A stretch of 64,000 nucleotides of DNA from Stegostoma tigrinum. Lineage: Eukaryota. A program made the translations under genes and the position numbers. The stretch is taken from the NCBI RefSeq assembly GCF_030684315.1, contig NC_081387.1, positions 5,746,497-5,810,496 on the forward strand, read 5' to 3'. The notes below the pieces were generated by a model. It was given only the letters and a program-made list of their open reading frames with translations. It did not search any database and was not told the DNA's origin. This document shows, piece by piece, positions 1-12,060 of this stretch. Each line of letters begins with the position of its first letter. Position 1 is the first letter of the stretch.

Positions 1-1255
1 AGAGGGAGCTTCTGCTTTCCCACCGTATCCTTCCATATTACTTTTAGAAAAATAATTTTCCAATGCCCTCTTGAATACTTCAATTGAACCTGCCTACATC
101 ACATTTTCAGGCAATAAATTCCAAATCCTAAATATTTGTGTGAAAAAGCTTTTTCTTTTGTTGCATTTGACCCTTATGCAAATCACTTTAACAGTTTAAA
201 AAGCCTCTGTCAGATCTCCTCTTTGTCTTTTTATTTCCAGCAAGAAAAGTCACAACCTCTTCAATCCATCCTCATATCTGAAGTTCCTCATTCCAGGAAT
301 CATTCTTGAAAACTGTTAATGCACCGTCTCCAATACATTCATATCCTTTCCATAATGTAGAACCCAGAACTGTACACAATACTCCATATGCAATCTTACA
401 AGTGTCCTGTGCAAGTTCGAAATCACTTCCTTGCTCTTGTTCTGTGTGCCCTTATTAATCTAAGGATATTGTATGTTTTACTTGCTGCAATCTGCACCTG
501 TCCTGCTACCAAAATGATCTGTGCACAGATACACCCAGGTCCCTCTGCTCCTGAACCCCTTTAGCATTGTATGCCATACTTTATATTGCTTTTCAATATT
601 CCTCTTCCAACATGCATCACTTCTGTTCGCCGCACTGAACCTTATCTGCCACCCATCGGTCAACCACACGAATTTGTCTGTGTCTTTTGTATTTTCCAAC
701 ATCCTCCTTAGGTTGCAGTTCTTCTAAGTTCTGTGTTGTCTACAAGCTTTTAAGTTGCCCTCTGCATGCCAAGATCTAAATAATTAATGTGTACACCAGG
801 AAAAGCAAGTGTGCCACTTGGGAACTGCACCACAAACCTTTCTCCAGTCCAAACTGTCCATTCACCATTCGCCTCTGTTTCCAAATACTGGCCAATTTTG
901 TACCTGCATTTCTACTGTCCCTTTTATGTCATGACCTACACCTTTCCTCACAAGTCTGTTGTGTGGCACTCTATCACACAACTTCTAGAAGTCCATATAA
1001 ATCACATCAAGCATTTCTGTTACATTCTCCAAAAACAATTTCCCCTTCAAAAATCCATGCATTTCCTAACCAACCACCATTTTCCAGCTGACTATTAATT
1101 CTATCCCACATAATTACTTTTAGAAACGTTCCCGCCACTGAAATTAAACTGACCAGTCTATAATTGCCGGACATTCCTTACAATTTTTTTGAAGAAAAAG
1201 ACCTTATATCTACAATTCTCTCATCTTTGGGCAACTCTGATATCTGTTAATAATC
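1..1255 (-). mobile_element. Degraded CR1 LINE ORF2 (RT) fragments
   Basis: Minus-strand resemblance to the better-preserved CR1 copies in this window (DKVPH-like and 3' region); many stops. Confidence 0.65.
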
Positions 1256-1259
1256 GTAA

Positions 1260-2400
1260 AAAAAAATCAAGAATGATTGGCTTGGATTTAAAGTGATTTG
1301 CAAAAGAAGCAAATGTGGTATGAGAAAAACAAAACTTTTTTTTAACTCTAGGGATTCAGGCCTGGAATATAATGTCAAAAAACATTTGGCAAAGGCAGAG
1401 ACAATTGAGGCACTTAAGAGGGCATTAGATGATTATTTAAATGGAAAAGATCTGGAAGGGGAAGGGGAAAAGACTGGAAAATGGAAGTAAGTCAAAATGT
1501 TCATTACAGAGCTGGTGCAGTCAAGATTAACCAAATGGCCCCCATTTGCCCCATAACATCTTGTTAAACAGTGACAGTATGGTGTCACATAAAAGTTTAC
1601 TAGACAAGATGAAATCATGTAATGTTGTAGATGATGCATTGGCATGGATATGGGACTCCCTCAATAATAGGTAACCGAGGGTCAGGAGAATTAATTTCAC
1701 TTTGACAAACTGTAACTAGTGGAGGGAGCAAGAAGCAGTGCTCTATGATTTACGATCTACATAATGGAAAAGTGTGAGGCAATGCACTTGGAGATGACTA
1801 ATAAGGTACAAGAAATACACTGTGAAGAGAAGGATTCTGGAAAGTGCCGAAGGTCAGAGGGGTCTTTTTGTACACATCGTTTATCCCTAAAGTAGCAGGG
1901 CAGGTAGAACAGGCAATGAAGAGAGCATATAGCATACTAGTGTATGAGTTGAAACATACAAGGGTAAGAAAGGTAGGTTGGAACTGCATGAAACACTGGT
2001 TGAGCCCCATGCTATAGAAAGGATGTAATTGGACTTGAGATGGTGCAGAGGAGACTTACCTGAATGCTGCCTGGCCTGGAGTGTCTGAGCCATGAGGAAA
2101 ATTTGACAGTTTGGGACTATTTTCCTTGAGCAGCAAAGGATAGGAAGGCCCCTGATTGAGATGTGTAAGATTGTGAAGGGCAAAGACTTCATTGACTAGA
2201 GTTACAAAATAAAAATAATAAGTGGAAGACAACAAGGAAAATTGAAGGGAAATTGTTTCATCTCAGAGGGTAATTTAAATCTGGAGCTCTGCCTGAGGGT
2301 GTAATTGAGCCAGAAACTTTCATAACATTTAAACAGGATTAACATATTCACTTGAGCTATAATGTTTCTGGCTTTGCGCCAAAATCTGGAAAATGGATGA
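1260..2400 (+). mobile_element. Degraded CR1 LINE 3' fragments
   Basis: ETIEALKRALDDYL-type 3' ORF2 motif and RT C-terminal remnants. Confidence 0.6.
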
Positions 2401-2986
2401 TTGTACCCAGATTTTACTTAACTTGCCAACACATTTTCTTGTCTCCCGCAAATATCTTGAATCTATATGAATGTCTTGGATGTTCTGATGAGTGCAAGAT
2501 GGAAATCTTTGGCAAATGTCTCTCTTTAGGTGGGAAACATTGACAGACACCCCGATTTATAGTTACTATGGGAAGGGAGGGGTTCTAATAATTAAATGTC
2601 ATTAATAGACTGGTTATGAAATAAAGGTCAGATTAAAATGGATCAAACGCTTAACCTCCAGATGATATCTAGAAGTACATCCTCCACTCCTTTAATGTCT
2701 ACACAGATTGTCTGGGGATTTATTTGTTGTTAAATCAAACTTAAACCAAGGTATGAGTGATCGAGTAGGCAGCATTTGGGCTGTTGTGCCTAGGCTTGTT
2801 CTCTTGCACACTTTTTCATTGCTTTTCCTTTATTCCCAATCCACTTTTCTTAGTTTTTTAAGTTTTTGCTTAAACTAACCTTTTAAAGAGAGCCCTTCTG
2901 CAGCATGGGCAACTTTGATGGCATCTGGAGCAGCGGTAACTTCACAGGCAGCATGGCTGCAGAGTTGGCCAGCCTGTGAAACATGG

Positions 2987-4955
2987 TAACATAGAAAATA
3001 AAAAGGTGTAGGAATAGGCCATTCGGCCATTCGAGCCTGCACCACCATTCATCCAGATTGGATCATGGCTGATCATGCAATCTCAGTATCCCATTCCCAC
3101 TCTCTCCCCATATCCCTTGATACCCTTAGCCACAAGGGTCACATCCAGCTTCCTCTTGAATGTATCTAATAAACTGGCCCCCAACAGTTTTCTGCAGGAG
3201 AGAAGTCCACAGGTTCACAACTCTCTGAGTGAAGAAATTCTTCCTCATCTCAGTCCTGAAAAGCTTACCTCTTATTCTTGGACTGTTACTCCTAGTTCTG
3301 CAATTCGCCAACATTGGATACATTCTTCCTGCATCTGGCCTGTCCAGTCCCATGAGGGCTTTATGTTTCTATGAGATTTCCCCCTCATTCTTTTAAACTC
3401 TTTCAAGCCCAGACTTGGGCTTTCCAGAGTTTCAGACTTTCAGATCCAGACTTTCTTCATATGTCAGTCCTGTCATCCCAGGAATCAGTCTGGTGAACCT
3501 TCATTGGACTCCCTTAATAGCAAAAATCTCCTTCCTCAGACTAGGAGACCAAAACTGCACAGAATACTGAAGGTGTGGCCTCGAAAAAGCCCTGTGCAAC
3601 TGCAGCAAAACATCCTTACTCTGATACTCAAATTCTCTTGCCATGAGGCCAGCATGCCATTAGCTTTCCTCACCACGTGCTGCACCTGCATGCCAGTCTT
3701 CAGTGACTGTTCCACCTTGACACCCAGCTTTTGTTGCATCTCACCTTTTTCTAAACTGCCACCATTCAGATGATAGAGATAACAAGATATAGAGCTAGAT
3801 GAACACAGCAGGCCAGGCAGCATCAGAGGAGCAGGAAAGTTGAAGCTTTGGGTCTGGACCCTTCTTCAGAAGTCAGAATTTCCTGCTCCTCTGATGCTGC
3901 CTGGCCTGCTGCGTTCATCCAGCTCTACACCTTATCTCAGATTCTCCAGCATCGGCAGTTCCTACTATCATCATTCAGATAAAAATCCACATTCTGTTTT
4001 TATGAGCAACATTGATAACCTCACATTTATCAAAATCATATTGCATTTGCCAAGTATTTACCAACTCAGCCAGTCTGTCCAAGTCACCCCATAACCTCTT
4101 AGCATCCTCCTCACAGCACACACTGACACCCAGCTTAGTATCATCTGCAAATTTGGAGATATTACGTTCATTTCCTTCATCCTAGTACTGAATCCTGCGG
4201 TATCCCATACATCACTGCCTGCCCCTCTGAAAAGGTCCGATTTAGTGCAAATCTCTGCTTCTTGTCTGCCACCCAGTTCTCTATCCATGTCAATACATTA
4301 CCTCCGATGCCATGAGCTTTAATTTTCCTTATTAATCTCTTGTGTGGAACCTTGTCAAAAACATTTTCAAAGTCCAGACACACACCATCTACTGATTCAC
4401 CTTTGCCTGTTCTACAGGTCATATCATCAAAAATTCCAAAAGATTTGTCAAGCATTATTTCCCTTTAACGAATTCATGCTGACCTGGACCAATTCTGACA
4501 CCATTTTCAAAATGCTTAGTTATTACATCCTTAAGGATTGACTCCAGCATTTTCCCACCACTGACATCAGGCTAACCAGCCTATAATTCCCCATTTTCTC
4601 TCTGTCTCCTTTTTTAAAGAATAGAGTTACACTAGCTACCCTCCAGTCCATTGGAATTATAGAAGGCTGGAAAATGATCACCAATGCATCCATTATTTCT
4701 TGGGCCACTTCCTTAAGTACTCTGAAATGCTGAGCATCAGGCCCTGGGGACTTATTGAGTTTTAACCCCATCAATTTCCCCAATACCACTTCCTGACGAC
4801 AAAAGATTTCCTTCAGTTCCTCCTTCATGCTTGACCCTCTGTTCCCAAGCTTTTCTTGAAGATTATTTGTGCCCTCCTTAGTGAAGACAGATCCAAAGTA
4901 GTTGTTCAACTGGTCTGCCAACTCCTTGTTGTCCATTATGATTTCACCTGATTCT
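2987..4955 (-). mobile_element. CR1 LINE (5'-truncated, frameshifted RT)
   Basis: ORF pieces KSPGPDAQH..VLKEVA, VCLDFENVFDKVPHKRL, KNFFTQRVVNLW; CR1-type tail near 2990. Confidence 0.9.
3772..3971. mobile_element. Fold-back Penelope-terminus insert inside CR1
   Basis: Inverted arms gatgaacacagcaggccaggcagcatcagagg / cctctgatgctgcctggcctgctgcgttcatc; flanking CATTCAGAT at 3763-3771 and 3972-3980. Confidence 0.8.
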
Positions 4956-4959
4956 AATT

Positions 4960-6626
4960 TAAGAGAAGAAAATGTTCCCGAGTCTTTCCTAGGAGCCATT
5001 TATCAGATAAAAATGGACAAACAATACAGATAGGGAGGAGGTATTGGGGGCCTTGAAGAACATTAATGTAGACAAGTCCTCAGGACCTGATGTGATATAC
5101 CTCAGAATACTGAGAGAGTTAAGGGAGGAAATTGCTGGGGCCTTGAGGGAAGTCTTTGTAACCTCACGGCTACAGGGGAGATCGCAGAGAATTGGAGAAT
5201 AGCCAATGTTGTCCCTTTGTTTAAAAATGGTGGCAAAGATAATCCAGCTAATTATAGGCTTGTGAGCCTTATGTTAGTGGTAGGGAAATTATTGGAGAGG
5301 ATTCTTCAAGACAGGATTTACTCGCACCTGGAAATTACTGGGTATATTAGTGAGAAGCAACGTTGTTTTGTGAAGGGTAAGTCACGCCTCACCAACTTGG
5401 TTGAGTTTTTGAGTAAGTGACGAAGATGATCGATGAGGGTAGGGCAATGGATGTTGTCTACATGGACTTCAGTGAGGCCTTTGACAAGGTCCCTCATGGC
5501 AGCCTGATACAGAAGGTAAAGTCACACGGGGTCAGATGTGAGCTTGCAATATGGATAAAAAAACTGGCTCGGTAATTGGAGACAGAGGGTAGCAGTGGAA
5601 GGATGCGTTTCTGAATGGAGGGCCGTGGCTAGTGGAGTTCCTCAGGAATCAATGTTGGACTTTGCTGTTTGTAATATATATAAATGATTTGGAGGAAAAT
5701 ATAACTGGTCTGATTAGTAAGTTTGCTGATGACACAAAGGTTGGTGGAATTGCAGAAAGCAATAAGGACCGTCAAAGGATACAACAAGATATAGATCGGT
5801 TGGTGACTTTGACAGAGAGATGCCAGATGGAGTTTAATCCAGAAAAATGTGAAGTAATGCATTTTGGAATGTCTAATCCAGATGAAAATTACAGAGTAAA
5901 TGGCAGAACCCTTAAGAGTACTGACAGGCAGAGGGATCTAGGTGTACACAGGTCACTGAAAGTGGCAATGCAGGTGGAAAAGGTAGCCAACAAGGCATAC
6001 GGCATGCTTGCCTTCATTGGCTGGGGCATTGAGTTTAAACATTGGCAGGTAATGTTGCAACTTTATAGGACCTTAGTTAGGCCAGAATATTGTGTTCAAT
6101 TTTGGCTGCCACATTACCAGAATGATGTGGTGGCTTTGGAGAGGGTACAAAAAAGATTTATCAGGGTGTTGCCTGGTATGGAAGGCATTAGCTGTGAGGA
6201 GAGGTTGGAGAAACTAGGGCTGTTCTTACTGGAACGATGGAGGTTGAGGTGGTGACCTGATAGAGGTCTACAAGAGTATGAAGGGCATGGACAGAGTGGA
6301 CAGTCAGAAGCTTTTTCCCAGGGTGGAAGAGTCAGTTACCAGGGACCATGGGTTTAAGATGCGAGGGGCAAGATTAAAAGGTGATGTACGAGGCAAGTTT
6401 TTTACAGAGGGTAGTGGATGCCTGGAACTTGCAGCCCGGGGAGATAGTGGAAACAGATACTATAATGACTTTTAAAGGGTTTCTTGACATATACATGAGT
6501 AAGATGGGAATAGAGGGATATGGTCCCCGGAAGGGTAGGGGTTATTAGTTGTGATGGACAGCATGTAATTGCAGGCTTGGAGGGCTGAAGGGCCTGTTCC
6601 TATGCTGTAATTTTCTTTGTTCTTTG
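4960..6626 (+). mobile_element. CR1 LINE ORF2 RT region with 3' end
   Basis: NPANYRLVSL, YINDL..SKFADDTK (RT catalytic motif), ALERVQKRF; 3' tail gggcctgttcctatgctgta. Confidence 0.93.
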
Positions 6627-6888
6627 TTTATATGCCAGGCTTGACAGGGTTTAATTTGTGAGGAAGCTGTGCTGTCTGTGTCCACAGCAATGATGGACCT
6701 CAGAGTGTGATATCTGATCAGGGGCTGAGATACAAACACAGAGATGATGTACAAACACAGGCACTGATAAACCTATGGGAACGTGACAGCAGTAGCAGCC
6801 CAGGGCTGTCTCCATTGGCCTCAGTTGTGGCCAACATAGACCAGGGGACTAAATCCAGCACATAGTGAGGGCAAATGTGTGTGGCCTT

Positions 6889-6916
<28 letters not shown>
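6889..6916. repeat. (AG)n microsatellite
   Basis: Direct reading; a second GA-rich low-complexity tract spans about 7445-7790. Confidence 0.95.
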
Positions 6917-6919
<3 letters not shown>

Positions 6920-7069
6920 CAACTTGAGAGCAGGAGAGACAACAAATGATGGAACTTCAGAGCAAGGTCATTGATGAGAGGAAAAGTGGGGTGACGCTCA
7001 AAAGGGAGAAAGATTTTGTAGCGAGATTGTGTGAACTAGGACAAAACTCACTGAATTTGGAATCATTGG

Positions 7070-7445
7070 GGGGATATTATAGAAACTATAAAATTACAAA
7101 GTAAATAGATAAGTTAGAGGCAGGGAGCTTGTTTCCACTGGTTGAAACTTGAACTAGTGGGCATGGCCTTGAAATAAGGGGGAGCAGATTTAGATGAGTT
7201 GAGTAGGAACTTCTTCACCCAAAGGGTTGTGAATCTGTGGAATTCCCTACCTAGTGAAGGCAATTGAGGCTACCTCATTGAATGTATTTAAGGCAAAGAT
7301 AGATTTTTGGACAATGGAAGAATTAATGGTTATGGTGAGAGGGCGGGTAAGTGCAGCTGAGTCCAGAAAAAGATCTTATGTAATGGCGGAGCAGGCTGAA
7401 TAGGCCAGATGGCCTACTCCTGCTCCTATTTCTTATGTTCTTATG
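7070..7445 (+). mobile_element. CR1 3' end
   Basis: aacttcttcacccaaagggttgtgaatctgtggaa; tail ggcctactcctgctcctatttcttatgttcttatg. Confidence 0.85.
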
Positions 7446-7753
7446 GAAAGAAGAGGATAGAGAATAAGAGTGGCTACGGGGGAAAGAGGAAATGGCTCAA
7501 GTGAGATAGAGATTGAGAGAAAAAGAAAGATGGGGCGGTGGGGAGATGGAAAGAGATTAGAGAGAAAAAGTCCAGCAATAGGGAGGAAGAGAGATGGAGA
7601 GAGAGGAGTGAGCAAAAGAAATGGAAAGTGAGGGATCTGATAGATTCTGTGCTGTGTTCTAACACAGGGGTGGAAGGGGAAATGACTGGAGCTCATGAGA
7701 CAAAGAAGGGAGAAAGAGAGATGTTGAGTGGAGAGGAGGGAGAGAGTGAGTGA

Positions 7754-7789
<36 letters not shown>

Positions 7790-7791
<2 letters not shown>

Positions 7792-8400
7792 GGAGTGTTT
7801 TGCATACTGTGCTGGCATTTCATACCATGAGGAGTTGATTGAGGTGGCAGAATGGAGTGCAGAGTGCAGTGTTATGGCTGCAGATAAGTTGCAGAAAAAG
7901 AGATATGAATTAATATTTGAGAGGTCTGTTTGGTGGGGAAGAAGCTGTTCTTGAATTGGTTCATACCTGTTTTTGGGCTTTTGTGTCTTCTGCTCAATGG
8001 AAGAAGTTGAAAAAGTGTTTGGCTGGACTGGGACGGGCCTTTGATTGTGTTGGCTGCAATTTTCGAGGCAGCGGGAAGTATAGATAGAGTCAATGGATGG
8101 AAGGTTGGTTTGTGTAATGGACTGGGCTGTGTTCACAATTCAGTGTAGTTTCTTGCCATCTTGGGAAAACATGCTGTGATGCATCCAGATAGGATGCTTG
8201 CAATGGTGCATCTCTAAAAATCAGTAAGAATCTTTCTGCACATGTCGAATTTCCTTAGACTCCTGAGGAAGTAGAGGCATTGTTGCGCCTTCTTGACCAT
8301 CGCACGATGTGTGTGGACCAGAACAGATCGTTGGTGATCATCCCTCCTAGGTACTTGATATTCTTGACAACTGGTCCGTGGTGACAGCCCTTTGGTCTCC
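7790..8400 (-). mobile_element. Rex1/L2-type LINE 3' fragment
   Basis: VKKAQQCLYFLRSLRKF, LPSIDSIYTSRC and FKNSFFP motifs. Confidence 0.75.
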
Positions 8401-8719
8401 TGCACAACAAAAAGCGCAGTATACGTCTGTCCATCCTCCCTTCAAGCAGTCACCAGCCATGGGGAGAGGTGAAGATTGCCAGGAAATGGGGGATGACATA
8501 AAAATCTCCCACTGTGAACCATGAGTCAGGTCCATCTGAGAGTAGAGTTAAAAAAAAGAGCCAAGATCCCAAGTGAATGTAACTGCAGACCACAGATTGT
8601 CCTTTTTCTCTTTTAATTACTCCAGCTCAGAATCACTTCTTTAAAAATAACTCCTTTGACAGGATCAAGGGAACATCTGCAGACTATAAATTGGCGGCAG
8701 TATTAGATTCAAGAGATCG

Positions 8720-9265
8720 GACTTATATTCTCTCGAGGTTAGAAATAATGGGAGGTGATCTCATTGAAACATATGAAATTCTCAGTGAGCCTTCTTGGAT
8801 AAACAGCGAGGGGTACTTCCCCTGGGCTGGCGAGACAACAAAACAAGTATGTCGTCTTGGGATAAAGGGCTCGATCATTTTCATTTAGAGTCTGACGTGT
8901 GACGTAGAGGTTTATAAAATCATGAGGGGCATAGATATGGTGAATATCCAAGGTCTTTTTCCTCAGGTACGAGAGTCCAAAACTAGAGGGCACAAATTTA
9001 GAGAGGGGACAGAATTGGAAGGGACTTAATGGGTAACTTTTTCATGCGAGTGGTGCATGCGTGTATGCAATAAGCTGCCAGAATTGGTGAAAGCTGGTAC
9101 AATTACCACATTTAAAAGTCATCTGGATGGGTATATCAATAGGAAGGGTTTAGAGGGATGGAGCCAAATTCTGGCAAATGGGATTTGATCAGTTTAAGAT
9201 ATCTGGTCAGCATGGACGAGTTGGACTGAAAGGTTAGTTTTTGTGTTGTATGATTCTATGACTGA
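8720..9265 (+). mobile_element. CR1 3' fragments
   Basis: GDLIETYEIL motif; ctatgactg-type tail. Confidence 0.8.
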
Positions 9266-9269
9266 ATGA

Positions 9270-9912
9270 TTCTTTCACTGCAAGAGACCTACATTTGTCT
9301 TCACTTGTCCTTCTCTTCACAGATCTATAGAAGTATTGCAGTCAGTTTTTATGTTCTCTATAAGCTTACTTTCATACTCTATTTTCCCTTTGTCCTCCTC
9401 TGCTGAATTTTAAACTTCTCCCTATCCTTGGGTTTGCTGCTTTTTCTGGCCAGTTTATTTGCCTCCTCCCTGGCTTTCACACTGTTCCTGGTTTTCCCTT
9501 GTTTGACATGGTTGAGCCACCTTCCCTGTTTACTCTTATGCCAGACAAGGATGTACAATTGTTGACATTCATCCATGTGTTCTTTAAATGTCTGCTATTG
9601 CCTATCTATCGTCAACCCCTTAAATATCCTCAGCCAGCTTATCCCAGCCAATGCATACTTCATGCTTTCAAAGTTAGCTTTATTAAAGCTCAGGATCCTA
9701 GTTTCAGACTTAATTGTGTCACTCTCCATCTTAACGGAGAATTCTACCATATTATGGTCATGTTTCCCCAAAGGATCTTGGATGACAATGTTGCTAATTA
9801 ATCCTTTCCCATTATGTAATACCCAGTCTAGGATGGCTTGCTCTCCAGTTGGTTCGTCAACACATTGGTCAAGGAAACTATCCCTCATACATTGCAGGAG
9901 CTCCTTCTTCAC
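9270..9912 (-). mobile_element. CR1 ORF2 endonuclease/linker fragment
   Basis: FLDQCVDEPTGEQAILDWVL..PLGKHDHNMVEF. Confidence 0.85.
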
Positions 9913-10614
9913 CCCAAGCCTGGAGGTGGCACATGGTGTGGGCTGGAGTGGGCCTCTGGCTGAAGAGTGGAGCCTGGAGTGGGACTGTAGAGGTGGAGAA
10001 GGAAAAGTTGGACTCTCTTTCAGAAATGTTTCTTTATTTTTCATTTTATTTTAATTTAACGGGAATGGCACCTATGCTTGGCAATGGTATAGCATTTTCG
10101 CTGTATTTTATGTTGAATACATCTGATAATAAATGAAACAAAAAGACAACACACCAGGCTGTATTAAATCATTTGTTTTATTGCCAAGAAGGTGAGAGCT
10201 GATTAAGGGTAATATTTGATTTAAACGAAAGTTTGACTAATAGAATATAGCAATACTTACAAAAAATTCACTTACTTTCAAAACTGGAAAACAGAGCACA
10301 AACATTTCTTCGCATAAAATTGCAAACTATGACACACTGGTGAAGAATTTCAGAATATGATACTATACATTATTATTTTAGATTACAATTTTAGAATTCA
10401 ATAAATTGGATTTTTCCAACAATCACATTTTGTTCAGTAATTGCTCATAAACAACATCATTTATCATCTGTTATTTAATTATTTGTGGAAAATATCTGAA
10501 AGAATAAAATAAAACATAATCATAAGAATTGAGTAAAAATATTCATGTCATGTTTATTATCTCTTTGTCACAGCATTAGAAGCATCATTTAATTGCCACG
10601 TTAAGTGATAGATC

Positions 10615-11425
10615 TATGGAATCACACAGCACAGAAACTCATCAACTTGTTCAACTCGTCTGTGCTAAACATATATCCTGACTGATATAGTCACATTTAC
10701 CAGCATTTAGCCCATTTCTCTCTAAACTCTTCCTATTCATGTACCCATCCAGATGCCTTTTCAATGTTGTAATTGTACCAGCCTCCATCACTTTGTCTGG
10801 CAATTCGATGCACACACGCATCATCCTCTGTGTGAAAAAATTGCCCCTTAGGTCCCTTTTAAATCCTCCGCTTCTCGCCTTAAACCTATGCCCTCTAGTT
10901 TTGGACTCCCCTACTCTGGGAAAAATACCTTGCCAATTCACCCTATCCAAGTACCTCATGATTTTATAAAGCTCTACAAGCTCACCCCTCAGTCTCTGAT
11001 GCTCCAGGGGGAAAAAAGCTGCAGCCATTTCAGCCTCTCCCTGTACTCAACTTCTCCAATCCCTGCAACATCATGTAAATCTCTTCTGAACCCTCTGAAG
11101 ATTAGCAACATCCATCTTAAAACAGGGAGAACAGTATTGCACACAGTATTCTAAAAGAGGCTCTAACCAATGTCCTGTACAGCATAACATGGCATCCCAA
11201 TTCCTATACTCAATGCACTGACCAATGAAGGCAAGCGTGCCAAATGCCTTCTGCACCATCCTATCTACCAATGACTCCACTTTCAAGGAACTATGACCTG
11301 CACCACTGGGTCTCTTTGTTTGGCCACAATCCCCAGGGCCCTACCATTAATTGATTAAGTCCTACCGTGGTTTGCCTTTCCAAAACTAAATTCTATCTGG
11401 CACTCCTCGGCCCATTGGCTTATCT
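10615..11425 (-). mobile_element. CR1 3' portion
   Basis: KAFGTLAFI, LEYCVQY, RLRGELVELYKIM, GNFFTQR. Confidence 0.9.
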
Positions 11426-11896
11426 GAGTAATCCTTATCTTTTTGATATCAATGTATAATGACTAAACAATGAGACTTCCAAATGCAAGTTATAAATAGG
11501 ATATAATACAAATTCATGGCAGTCATTGGAAAGAGAAAAGACAACTTTTTTTAGATGGAGATCCCTTTATTTAAATTTAGTGGGAGAGATTCGACTTCCA
11601 GCTTGGGGATGAAACAAGAGACTCAATTAGATATCTGTCACAGTCTGGATTCTAGACTGTGGAAATCACTAAAAGGTGAAGATACAATTACCCCAAATTT
11701 AATTTTCTGTTTAGTTCTTCACATGTGGGAACTGGTGATGAAAGGTGAAATTTTCCACCTGTTAAACATTGGTTGCACATTTCAGAAACTCCTCCAAACC
11801 CGGCAAATAGGCTGGAAATTTCTCAGAGCTGCTCTCACTCCCACTCCATAACGTCTGTGGAAGGTTTAAGCCGAGGACACCCTAGCAAAGAACTTT

Positions 11897-12060
11897 GGAT
11901 GTAAGTTTGCTCGCTGAGCTGGAAGGTTCGTTTTCAGACGTTGCGGAGGGTCACTGATGATGATACCTAGAATGGTGACGCAACGTCTGAAAATGAACTT
12001 TCCAGCTCAGCGAGCAAACTTACATCCATCAACCTGAGCTACAAATCTTCTCAAAACTCG
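11897..12060. mobile_element. Fold-back Penelope-type terminus insert (second subfamily)
   Basis: Inverted arms 11897-11945 and 11979-12027; AAAGAACTTTGGAT duplicated at 11887-11900 and 12061-12074. Confidence 0.75.

Noticed and set aside
10177-10182. AATAAA (minus) as the GVIN poly(A) signal
   Set aside because: The position is plausible, but the region is AT-rich with several similar hexamers, so it cannot be singled out
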